Source: Octopus bimaculoides
Lineage: Eukaryota
Assembly: GCF_001194135.2 (NCBI RefSeq)
Contig: NC_068996.1
Span: 25,211,122 to 25,275,121 of the forward strand
Direction: 5' to 3'
DNA: 64,000 nt
Positions 24,781 to 37,300 of this stretch are shown here, piece after piece. Positions within the stretch are counted from its first letter, which is position 1. Each line of letters begins with the position of its first letter. The position numbers and the translations under genes are program-made. The notes under the pieces are model-generated. The model was given only the letters and a program-made list of their open reading frames with translations. It searched no databases and had not been told where the DNA came from.

Positions 24781-25728
24781 GTACAGAGACATTCTGACCT
24801 CTAAGACCAGTTCCAAACGCCACTGAACCGTGACAGACTAGCCCATAAAACAACACAAAAAAATCCTTTTAATTCCACATTGCTCTTTCTTCCCCCTCAC
24901 CCCAACCAACCTCCCACACTGTCCCTTAAAATAGCCAACATTCTCTAGCTACACACAAGAGAGGAAACATGTCAAAAAGATGGGTCAGTTCCTCTCCAAT
25001 ATTTTGTAAATTCTTAAATATATGTATTTTAATACTTAAACTGTTTTTTAAACATTTTCTATTATTATCAAAGAATATATATATGTATTTTAATACTTAA
25101 ACTGTTTTTAATATTTTCTTCTTATTATTATCAGAGAATGTATATATGTATTTTGATGCTTTTGTGACAACCTGTACTTAACACTACAAAGCTTATATAA
25201 AACTTTATATTTTACTTTTGACAATCTTTTTCTAAAAAAGTGAAACCAGTAAAGTGAATAAACATCTTTAAAATTGCGTTTTCAAACCTTCTTTCATATA
25301 TATATTTCCACTCGTGCAGTATCTTACAATTTTACTTTGTTATATATATATATATATATGACTGTGTGTGTGTGTATATGTATATATGTGTGTGTGTATA
25401 TATATTATATNNNNNNNNNNNNNNNNNNNNNNNNNNNNNNNNNNNNNNNNNNNNNNNNNNNNNNNNNNNNNNNNNNNNNNNNNNNNNNNNNNNNNNNNNN
25501 NNNNNNNNNNNNNNNNNNNNNNNNNNNNNNNNNNNNNNNNNNNNNNNNNNNNNNNNNNNNNNNNNNNNNNNNNNNNNNNNNNNNNNNNNNNNNNNNNNNN
25601 NNNNNNNNNNNNNNNNNNNNNNNNNNNNNNNNNNNNNNNNNNNNNNNNNNNNNNNNNNNNNNNNNNNNNNNNNNNNNNNNNNNNNNNNNNNNNNNNNNNN
25701 NNNNNNNNNNNNNNNNNNNNNNNNNNNN

Positions 25729-26108
25729 AAAAAGACCAATGGCAAAGTTAGAATTATATTTTATGGATAAAGTCTTACAGCTGTTTCAGGGAAAATCCAA
25801 TGTATCCCTTCATCGGAGACGGTAATAGTAGAGGAATGGATTATTACATCTATAAGAGGAGATTTGTAGTAAGAAGTGAGAGCGATGCGCAGAAAAAAGA
25901 ACAAAGAAGAAACAGTACTTGGAGTGTAGATCCATTCCAGCAGTAAATATCCATGTAAAGAATCCTTGTGGGTATTTTCCGGAGATAATTGTAGTAGCAA
26001 AGGTGGATATATATCATATCGTATCCGAAGTACTCTGTGCGTTGTTTACTCAAAGGATAGCCCGAATCATCCATAAAATATAATTCTAACTTGGCCATTG
26101 GTCTCTTT
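25729..26108. mobile_element. Penelope-like non-autonomous unit bounded by about 39-bp inverted repeats
   Basis: AAAGACCAATGGCAAAGTTAGAATTATATTTTATGGAT and its reverse complement at 26069-26108; contains a hammerhead fold. Confidence 0.6.
25772..25820 (-). ncRNA. Minimal type-I hammerhead ribozyme fold with U4C core variant
   Basis: GUCU-CCGAUGA-AGGGA(loop)UCCCU-GAAA-CAGCUG-UA-AGAC: stems I and II pair, and helix III is the palindrome ACAGCUGU. Confidence 0.7.
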
Positions 26109-26244
26109 ATCCTTTTCTTTCTTTATACATACACACGCTAATANNNNNNNNNNNNNNNNNNNNNNNNNNNNNNNNNNNNNNNNNNNNNNNNNNNNNNNNN
26201 NNNNNNNNNNNNNNNNNNNNNNNNNNNNNNNNNNNNNNNNNNNA

Positions 26245-27550
26245 ATATGGGTGATATCTTCAGTGTTAACTCCACAAAGTCTTGCATCTCTATTCCTTTT
26301 GTGCATCAGAGATTTTGTTTTTTGTTTTTTGCCGTTTTGTTTTCATTTTAGTTAGAGGTGGTCTATGTCACTGTTTATGTGGAAATTATGTGTGCTGGTT
26401 AGTATCTTCCGGATTTTTACATCAATGGCTTGGATTTCATCAAGCAGCTCAAATGTTGGTATGAATACTGGCAAACATATTGTGGGCCACTGTTTTATTG
26501 AATGCAGAGAGTTCTGAGGTTTAAATTTTCTTTATTCAGCTGTAATATTCTTTGGTGACATGTGTTTTGTTACAGGTGCCATTGTAAGATATGTTTTCAC
26601 CCACCTTATAGTTTCACCCTTTTCACAACCACATTACAACATTTATCCTGACCAAACTCCAGCCCTACATCCTTTAAGAATGTTGTAACTAGATCAAGGC
26701 TCTTTTTCATTTCCTGCATATTCTTTGCATAAAGTTTCAGGTCATCCACAAAGAAACAAGTGTGTAATTTTGGTATTTCTGTTTCCTTGTGAACCACTGA
26801 GATATCCTTCAAACATCCTTAACATGAATGACAAAAGGGTTTACAGAAAGTATAAACAACATCACAGAGAAGCTGTCCCCTTGGAATATGCCTTTGCGAT
26901 AATGTGTTCTATCAGTGATAATACAGTCACTTTTTGTGTTTAATTTCAAGATGGTGGCCCAGAATGAAGTTAGGTCAGCTATAGCTTTGAGTATGCTCTC
27001 TGGAACTTAAGCAAGTTGAAGGGCTTCTAGCATCCATGAGTGGGGAACAGAGTCAAAAGTCATCTTGTAGTCTAACCACATTGAAACTAGGTTCCTCCTA
27101 TGCTCTCACACCTTTGACATCACAGTTTTGTTGATGAACAATTTCTCAGCACACCCCACAGATTCCCTTCTTTCCAGCTCCTTATTCAGTGGTGATGATG
27201 TTATTGGTTTCACAATGGTCCTGGAGGAAGAGGTTTAAGCATGCTGTATATATCTTATGCATTAAGTTCTCGTATGCAATTGGCCAGTAGTTTTTTGCCA
27301 TGTGGGTGGCTCTGCATTTGGGGACGAATTTTGTCTCTGCCAGAGCTAACCGATGTGCTATGCTACAATTCCCATTGAGAACTAGCTGGTACAGATTGAT
27401 AAGATATAGTCAGTAGAAGGTTAGCTTATCATACCAATATCCAACACTCAAAAGATGGAGTTTTGAGTCATTCCCCAATATTGATTTTGTTTCCTCATGT
27501 CTCTCTTTAAAATGTATATTTTTAAATGTCATTTTGCAGAAAATAAGTTT
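26245..27550 (-). mobile_element. R4/Dong-like non-LTR retrotransposon, copy A (old, deleted, 3' end lost at gap)
   Basis: Colinear with copy B (FFVDDLKLYAKN, RLCGVNTEDITHI) but with frameshifts and an internal deletion of roughly 430 bp. Confidence 0.8.
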
Positions 27551-27590
27551 TCATGAATGCATGTTACAATTATCTTTTATGCATGTATGT

Positions 27591-30357
27591 TATCAGTTTC
27601 ATTTCTGTATTTCTTGTCCATAGAGAAAGAGCCGGACTGTAACATAGATTCAAGGCTCCTTCATTGGAACTTTTATCAACATCATCTAGGTATTTGTGCA
27701 TATGTGTGTGTGTGTGCAGTATTTGGTGTTAGTGTATGCACAGATTTGTATGTTTGTTTTATGGATGTGTTTTTATGTATATATTTTCATGTCATGGAGT
27801 ATGCATATGTATTTATGTGCAGATTTGTATGTTTGTTTTATAGGTGCGTTTTTTATGTATATATTTTCATTTCTAGATGCATGCATATGTATTTATGTGC
27901 TAAATTTTTGGAAAGTTTTACATATCTTTACAGTTCCATTGATGGCTTGAATCTGTAGTCTTCTAATCAGCCTTTTTCTTTCAGGTTTTGAGAACCCTAA
28001 TTTTTCCAGGTTNNNNNNNNNNNNNNNNNNNNNNNNNNNNNNNNNNNNNNNNNNNNNNNNNNNNNNNNNNNNNNNNNNNNNNNNNNNNNNNNNNNNNNNN
28101 NNNNNNNNNNNNNNNNNNNNNNNNNNNNNNNNNNNNNNNNNNNNNNNNNNNNNNNNNNNNNNNNNNNNNNNNNNNNNNNNNNNNNNNNNNNNNNNNNNNN
28201 NNNNNNNNNNNNNNNNNNNNNNNNNNNNNNNNNNNNNNNNNNNNNNNNNNNNNNNNNNNNNNNNNNNNNNNNNNNNNNNNNNNNNNNNNNNNNNNNNNNN
28301 NNNNNNNNNNNNNNNNNNNNNNNNNTTTCTACTACTGTACACAGTTTCTCTTCTCTGTCCCAGGTTACTATATCCGGTCTATTATGTCTGCATTTTATTG
28401 AGGTTTTTATTGGGACATTCCACCAATACTCTTTCATATTGTGAGTGGTAATGGCCTCTACCTCATTATGGGTTTTCATCTCCTTAGCCCCGGGGTTATC
28501 CTGTCGGGGGATTTCATTGCACAGTGTCTTGGCCACAACATCATGTCTCATAGGTAGGTAATACTGTGATGACATTTTTGGACAGCTGCTGATGATGTGG
28601 GTGATATCTTCGATACTGGTTCCACAGAGTCTGCATCAATTATTACATTGTGGCGCTTTGCCCGCCTCTCTGTCCCGTTTGTTTATTAGGAATTTGGTTG
28701 GTATTTCTTGTTCTTGAATAGCGAAGGCATACCCTTCAAAGTGAAAGTTGGTGACCTGATTGTTTGTCCACGATAGACTGCTCTGGTTGTCAATGTTGTT
28801 ATCACCCTGGAGCTTTCTGTTAATGTATCCATGCATGGTCTTCTGCTGGAATGCATTCATCCTCTCCTCTGATGTTATGTTACGGTAGAGTCTTGCAATT
28901 TTTTGGGGTAAGAGTTCAGGGTTGTCGAATAGGAAATGCTTGTCAAGTAGTTGCCTTCCCAATCTCATGATGGTATTTACCTCATGTCTGCAGACTTCAT
29001 CAAGGGGTGCACTTCGACACTTGGTGGTTATGAGATGATGTCGAAGAGATATGACACGGCATTGAAAGGTAGTCTGAATTGATGTTAGGCCCCTCCCGCC
29101 TTTATTTCGTTTTAGGTATAGGTGGTCTACATCGCTATTGATGTGAAAGTTGTTCGTGCTCGTTAGTATTTTCTGGGTCTTCACATCAAGGGCTCGGATT
29201 TCATCGATCGTCCAGTCAAGTATCCCGAATGTCGGTACGAGTACTGGTACTGCAAACACATTGTGGGCTATTGCTTTATTGAATGCAGAGAGTTCTGAGG
29301 TCCATATTTTCCTAACCTGATTTCTGTATTCCTTAGTAACACGTTCCTTGTTACAAGTACCTTCGTATGATACGTTTTCATCTACTCCCAGGTATCTGTA
29401 GGATTCCTCATCAGATATTGGAGAAACAGATAGGCCATTGATGGAGATGTTGTTAGGGTGGTTTTTAGCCTTTCCTCGTTCCACAACCATATAGGAACAT
29501 TTATCTTGGCCAAACTCTAGCCCTACATCATCAGAAAATGTTGTGACCAGGTCGAGGCTTTTTTGCATATCATCCATGTTCTTGGCATACAATTTCAAAT
29601 CATCGACAAAGAAGCAGTGCGTAATTTTGGTGTTTCTGCTTGCCTGCGCTCCAATTAGATACCCTTCAGACTTCTTCAGCATGTATGATAATGGGTTTAC
29701 CAACAGTATGAACAGCATCACAGAGAGGCTGCCTCTTTGGAATATCCCCCTGCGATATTGTATTTTTTTGCTGGTGATACATCCACTTACTGTATTTAAC
29801 TTCACAATGGTGGCCCAGGAAGATGTCAGGTTAGATATAGCATTAATCAAGTTCCCTGGGACATTAGCAAGTCAGAGGGCTTCTAGCATCCACGAATGGG
29901 GGACAGAGTAGAAGGCTTTTTTATAGTCAAGCCACATGGAGACCAGATTTCTTCTGTGCTGCCGTACCTCTGTCATTACTACCTTATTTATTAGTAGTTG
30001 TTCAGTACATCCCCAGACTCCTTTCTTCCCAGCTGCTTGTTCAGCTGTGATTATACTATTGTTTTCACAGTGGTCCTGGAGGAATCTGTTTAGGCATGCT
30101 GTATAAACCTTGTACATTAAATTTTGGCATGCAATAGGCCTGTAATTTTTTGCCAGTTGGGTTTCCTTGCTTTTCGGAACAAGCTTTGTTTCCGCCAGAG
30201 CCAACCAGTTTGGTATACTGCCATCTCCATTGAGGGCTTGCTGGTACAGTTTAATAAGGTACGGTCGGTAACAGGTAAGCTTCTTGTACCAATATCTGAC
30301 GATCAGGTCTCTACCCGGTGCTTTGCCACCATGGAGTTTTTGGAGGACAGTTGCAAG
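27591..30357 (-). mobile_element. R4/Dong-like RLE non-LTR retrotransposon, copy B (5'-truncated; RT, CCHC knuckle, restriction-like endonuclease, 3' UTR)
   Basis: One frame with two premature TGAs: NYRPIAC, WLDYKKAF, RGIFQ, FVDDLKLYA, CRLC-x8-H-x4-C, RHD, NRPDIV, GTVKICKTF. Confidence 0.9.
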
Positions 30358-30390
30358 ATGTATGTATGTATGTATGTATGTATGTATGTC

Positions 30391-30697
30391 ATTATTCAGT
30401 TTATTTCAAAATTTCTTGCCAATAGAGAATGAAATGGTTTCTCACCTAGATCCAAGGCTCCTTCATAGGAATTTCAACATCAACAACAGGGTATTTTTGT
30501 ATGTATGTATGTATGTATGTATGTATGTATGTATGTATGTATGTATGCATGTATGAACGTATGTGAAGATTTGTATGTTTTATGTATGTATTCTCATGTC
30601 TATAGTTACATATCTAGACATGCTCATATATATTTAAATGATAAACTTCTGGAAAGTTTTACAGATTTTTATAGTTCCAGTGATGGATTGGATCTGT
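30391..30697 (-). mobile_element. R4/Dong-like element, copy C (short 3'-terminal insertion)
   Basis: QIQSITGTIKICKTFQKF plus a 3' UTR homologous to 27591-27960; flanked by (ACAG)n/(ACAT)n on the 5' side and (ACAT)8 on the 3' side. Confidence 0.85.
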
Positions 30698-31329
30698 CTG
30701 TCTGTCTGCCTGTCTGTCTGTCTGCCTGCCTGTATGTCTGTTTGTCTGTCTGTCTGTATGTATGTATATGTGTGTATGTATGAATGTATGTATGTTGAGG
30801 GAGGGAGTTGTGGTTGTAGTGCTTTACACAAAATTTATTCGTTAAATTATTAACTCTCGATATTATGATATGCTGCAGAATAAACCTAAAAGTTCAAGCC
30901 AACAGCACAACGTCTGTAAATAAACTAAACATATAATTAAATACACTGGGCAGTCATAAAGACTATCCTTTCTCTTATAACTGTCAACAGAAAGATTATA
31001 TAAAAGATAGTCATTTACAACTGTCCAGTGCGTTAATCAATTTACACATGCAGTGTTGGCTTAAATCTATAATCTTTATTCTGTACTACATTATGGCATT
31101 AGCAACATCTTTGCTTTAATGAAAATTTCAAAAGCAATATGGCGGATCGTGTAGGATAGGTGTCTAGAAGTTTGACAAAGGACTACATTGATTGCTAGCA
31201 TGCAATGCTGCAGAAGCCTTGACCAGCCATGAGCAAGACATATATTGAAATGAGGGCAGAAATATGAGCTAGGAAATTTTGTACACAGTCAAGACTACAT
31301 CTGCTGCTCCCATTGCATTTTGAAACATA

Positions 31330-34300
31330 CACCTCTCCCACAATCACCACCACTACCTGTCATCCACCTATTGCTCACCTATACTCCCTTACACTTTATC
31401 CATCCTTTCTCTACTTCATTCATCTCCCCAACAATGTATGCTCATCTTTGACCCTCTGTTTCAGTTACCCTTCATGAGAAATATGTAGAAGAGACTACAA
31501 CAGATCATTCAGCTTTCCATCTTCACTCCAAAACTTCTGTCCCTTCCATCATACTCCTGTTCCTTTCACCCAATATTTTCATTTCACCTTTTCAGTACTG
31601 CCAGCCATTAGTCTCTCTCCTCTAGCATACTTCTACTGCCATCCATCATCTCTTGCTATTACCCATCTCTTACTTCCTATCTTCTTTCCAATACTTCTGT
31701 CTTCTATAATATTCCTGTTCCTTTCAGCCCCTTATTTTTCTATTACCTTTTCTGTGCTGCCAGCCATAAACATCTCTATGCTAGCCTACTTCTATTGTCG
31801 TCCATCATGTCTTGCTATTGACCATCACTTACTTCCTAGCTTAATTCCAATACTTCTGAGTCTTGTATAATACTCCAATTCCTTTCACCCACTTATTTTC
31901 CCTTCATACTTTTAGTACTACTAACCATTGCTCTCTTTACTCTAACAAAACTTTACTCTCATCCATCATCTCAAGATATTGGTTGTCACATCACTCCAAT
32001 ACCTCCATCTCTTCCATCATACTCCTGTTCCTTTCACCCACTTATTTTCCTTTCACCCCTTCAGTACTACCAGCCATTACTCTTTCTACTCTGGCCTACT
32101 TCTACTGTCATCCAACATCTCTTGCTATAGAACATCACTTCCTATCTTCATTCCAATACTTCTGTCACTTGAAAAAATTTTTGTTCCTTTCACCTGCTTA
32201 CTTTCCTTTCACCATCTCAGTACTGCCAGCCGTTGCTGTCTCTGTGACTATCATATATCATCTCTAGCTATTGCCCATCACTTTCTTCCTATCTTCCCTC
32301 CAATCCTTCTATTTCTTGTTGCTCTTGTTGCTTTCACCCACCCTTGTGGCTTTCACCCTTTCAGTACTGCCAGCCACTAATCTCTGCTCTGTCATACTTC
32401 TACTGTCATCTATCAACTCTTGCTACTGCCCACCACATACCTCCTATCTTCACTCCATTACTTCTGTCTCTTCTATCATACTCTTGTTCCTTGCACCTTT
32501 TCAGTACTATACTCTATTCTAGTCTAACTTCTATTGTCAGCCAGCATCTCTTGCTATTGCCCATCACTTTGCAACCTGTCTTTGCACAAATACTCCTGTC
32601 TCTTCCAACATAATCTCTTTTCTTTCACCCACTTATTTTCCTTTCTCAGTACTGCCAGCCATAAATCTCTCTCCTCTAACCTACTGCTGTCATCCATCAT
32701 CTTTTGCTATTGCCCATCATTTACTTCTACCTTTGTTCAAATACTTCTGTCTCTTCCATGATACTATTGTTCCTTTCACCCACTTATTTTCCTTTCATCC
32801 AATTATTTTCCTTTCACCCTTTCAGTACTTTGTGCCATTACTCTTTCTACTCCAGTCTATTTTTACTGTCATAAAACACATCTTGCTATTACCCATCTCT
32901 TACTTCCTATCTTCATTCCAATACTTCTGTCTTTTCTATTATACACTCGTTCCTTTCACCCACTTTTATCCCCTTTCAGCCTTTCAGTTCTGCCAATCAT
33001 TACTCTCTCTGCTCTCCTCCACTTTAACTGTCATCCATCATCTCTTGCTATTGCCCATCACTTATGCCCAATCTTCACTCCCATACTTCTATCTCTTTCA
33101 CCATACTCTTCATCCTTTCATCCACTTATTTTCCTTTCACTCTTTCAGTAATTCCATGCTCATCATTTACTTCTACTTTCACTCAAATACTTCTGTCTCT
33201 TCCATGATATTATTGTTCCTCTCATCCACTTATTTTCCTTTCACCCAAATATTTTCCTTTCACCCTTTCAGTGCTGCCAACCAACACTCTCTCTCCCCCC
33301 TGTCTACATCTATTGTCATCCATCATCTCTTGCTACTGCCCATCACTTACTCCCCTTCTTCACTCCAATACTTCTGTCTCTTCCATCACACTCCTGTTCC
33401 TTTCATCCACTTATTTTGCTTTCACCCTTTCAGTACTTTGTGCCATTACTCTTTCTATAGTATTACAAGCCGTAAATCTCTCTAATCCTTTCACCCATTT
33501 ATTTTCCTTTCACCTTTTCAATACTGCCAGCTATAAGTCTCTCTACCCTAGTCAGATTCTATTGTCATCCATCATCACTTGATATTGTACAGCATTTACA
33601 TACTATCTTCACTCTATTACCTCTGTGTCTTCCATCATAGTCTTTTTACATTCAACCAGTTATTTTCATTTCACATTTTCAGAACTGCCAACCATAAATC
33701 TGTCTCCTCTTGTCTACTTCTATTGTCATCCATCATCTCTTGCTATTGCCCATCAGTTACTTCTATCTTTACTCAAAAACTTCTGTCTCTTCCATGATAC
33801 TGCTGTTCTTTTCACCCACTTATTTTCCTTTCACCCACTTATTTTCCTTTCACCCTTTTAACTACCAACCAACACTCTACTCCCACCAACCATTACTCTC
33901 TCTCCTCTTGCCTATTTCCAATACATTTGCCCATCAGTTGTTTCCTATCTTCACTCAAATACTTCTCTCTCATCCATTATATGCCTGTTACTTTCACCCA
34001 CTTATTTTCCCTTCATCCTTTCCAAACCACCAACCATTACTCTCTCTACTTCAGTCTACTTCTACTGTCATCCAACATCTCTTTGCTATTGCCCATCATT
34101 TACTTCCTACCTTCATACTCTTGTTTCTTCCACCCACTTATATACCTTTCACCTTTGAATACTGCCAGCCATAAATCTCTCCTCATCAGTCTACTACTCT
34201 CATTTTAATACTTCTATCTCTTCCACCATACTCTTATTCCTTTCACCAACATAATTTCCTTTCCACCCGTTCAGTGCAGCCAGCTAGCCAGCCAGCCATA

Positions 34301-37300
34301 AATCTCTCCACTCTAGCTTATTTCTATTGTCATTCATCATTTACTTCCAATCTTCACTCAATTACTTTTGTCTCTTCTATCATACTCTTGTTCCTTTCAC
34401 TTTTTCAGTTTTGTACTCTACTGTAGCTGACATCTATTGTCATCCATCATCTCTTACTATTGACCATCACTTACTTCCTATCTTCACTCCATTACTTTCA
34501 TCTCTTCTATCATACTCTTGTTCCTTTCCAGTTCTGTACTCTACTCTAGCCTACTTTTATTGCCATGCACCATCCTTTGCTATTGTACATCATTTCCTTC
34601 CTATCTTAATTCCAATACTTTTATCCTTCCATCATACTCCTGTTCCTTTCACCCACTTATTTTCCTTTCACCTTTTCACTACTGCCAGCCATTACTTTCT
34701 CTCCTCTTGCATACTTCTACTGCCATCCATCATCTCTTGCTATTGCCCATCACTTACATCATGTCTTCACTCAAATACTTATGTCTCTTCCATCATATTC
34801 TTGTTCCTTTCACCCACTTATTTTTCTTTTGACCCTCTCAGGACTACCAACCATTAACCTCCACACTCCAGTCTACTTCTATTGTCATCCATCGTCTGCT
34901 TTGCCCATCAATTTTTTCCCATCTTCTCTCAATTACTTCTGTCTCGTCCATCACTCTCCTCTTTCTCTCACCCACTTATTTTCCCTTTGAACCTTTTAGT
35001 ACTACCAACCATTACTTTCTTCACTCCAGTCTACTTCTACTTTCATCAATCTTCTCTTGTTATTACCCATCACTTTCTTCCTATCTTCACTCCGATATTT
35101 CTATCCCTTCCATCATACCCTTCTACCTTTCACCCACTTTTTTCCTTTAGCCCTTTCATTTCTACCAACCATTACTCTCTCTACTCCAGTCTACTTCTGC
35201 TGTCATCCCTCATCACTTGCTATTTCCCATGATTTACTTCCCAATACTTCTATCACTCATTTACACTCCAATACTTCTATCACTTCCATCATTCTCCTAT
35301 TCATTTTACCCACTTTTTTTCCTTTCACCCTTTCAGTACTACCAAACATCATTCTCCCCACTCCAGTCTACTTCTTTTGTCATCCAGCATCTATTCCAAT
35401 TGCCCATCGATCACTTCCCATCTTCACTCAAATATCTCTGTCTCATCCATCACACTCCTGTTCCTCTCACTCACTTATTTTCTTTTGAACCTTTCAGTAC
35501 TACCAACCATTACTCTCTCTCTACTCCAGTTGACTTCTACTGTCATCAAACATCTCTTTGTATTGCCCATCACTTTCTTCTTTCTTCACTCTGATACTTC
35601 TATCTCTTCCATCACACTTTTGTTCCTTTCACCAACTTATTTTCCTTTCATCCTTTCAATACTGTCTGCCATAAATCGACACACTCCTGTCATCCATCAA
35701 AACTTGCTATGGCCAATTATCTACTACCTGTCTTCACTTCCTGTCTCTTCTATCATACTTCTGTTCCATTTCACCCACTTCTTTTCCTTTAGCCCTTTCA
35801 GTATTACCAACCATTACTCTCTCTACTCTAGTCTACGTCTACTGTCATCCACCATCTCTTGCTATTGCCCATCATTTACTTCCTATCTTCACTCCACTAC
35901 CTCTGTCTCTTCTATCATACTCTTGCTCCTTTACGTTTTCAGTTCCATACTCTTCTCTAGCCTATTCCAATTGTCATGCATCATCTCTTGCTATTGACCA
36001 TCATTCACTTCCTACCTTCACTCCATTACTTTCATCTCTTCTATTATACTCAGTTTTGTACTCTAATCTAGCCTACTTCTATTGTCATCCATCATCTCTT
36101 ACTATTGTACATCATTTCCTTCCTATCTTCACTTCAATATTTCTATCTCTTCCATCATACTCCTGTTCCTTTCACCCACTTATTTTCCTTTCAATCTTTC
36201 AGTACGACTAACCATTACTCTCTCTCTACTCCAGTCAAACGTTTCTTTCTATACTGTACTCACTCCAATACTTCTACCTCTTCCATCATACTCTTGTTCC
36301 TTTCATCAACTTATTTTTTCATTCAGCTCTTCCCTACTGCCAGCCATAAATCTGCATTCTAGCCTACTTCTCCCGTCATCCATCAACACTTGCTACTGCC
36401 CACCACTTATTTCCTGTCTTCATTCCATTATTTCTGTCTCTTATATCATAACACTGATCCTTTCACCAACTTACTTTCCTTTCAACCTTTTAGTACTAGG
36501 AACCATTACTCTCTCTACTCCATTCTACTTCAACTATCATCCATCATGTCTTGCTATTGCCCATTGCTTGCATCCTGTCTTCACTCGAATACTTCTGTCT
36601 CTTCCAGCATAGTCTTTTTCCTTTCACCATTTTCCATTCACCTTTTCAGTACTCGCAAACATCAATCTCTTTACTCTAGTCTATCTCTTACATCATTTAC
36701 TTCCTATCTTAACTCCAATATTTCTATCTCTTCCATCGTACTGCTATTCCTTTCACCCAATTATTTTCCTTTCAACCTTTCAGTACTACCAACCATTACT
36801 CTTTCTACATGAGTCAGCTTTTACCGTCCTCAAACACCTCTTTCTATTTCCATGACTTTCTTCCTATACTCATTCCAACACTTCTACCTCTTCCATCATA
36901 CTCTCTTTTCATTCACTAACTTATTTTCCTTTCAGCCCTTTCTCACTGCCAGCCATAAATCTGCATTCTAACCTACTTCTATAGTTATCCATCAACACTT
37001 GCTACTGCTCACCGCTTATTTCCTGTCTTCACTCCACTATTCCTGTCTTCAGTCTACTTCACCCGTCATCCATCATCTCTTGCTATTGCCCATCATTTAC
37101 TCTTCTCCGTTACTTTTGTCTCTTCTATCATACTCTTCTATTGTTATCCATCATATCTTGCTTTTGACCATACTTACATACTATCTACACTCAAATAATT
37201 CCGTCTTTTCCAACATAGTCTTTTTCCTTTCACATTTTCAATACTGCCAGCCATAAATCTCTCTACTCCTACTGTCATCCATCAACTCTTGCTATGGCCC

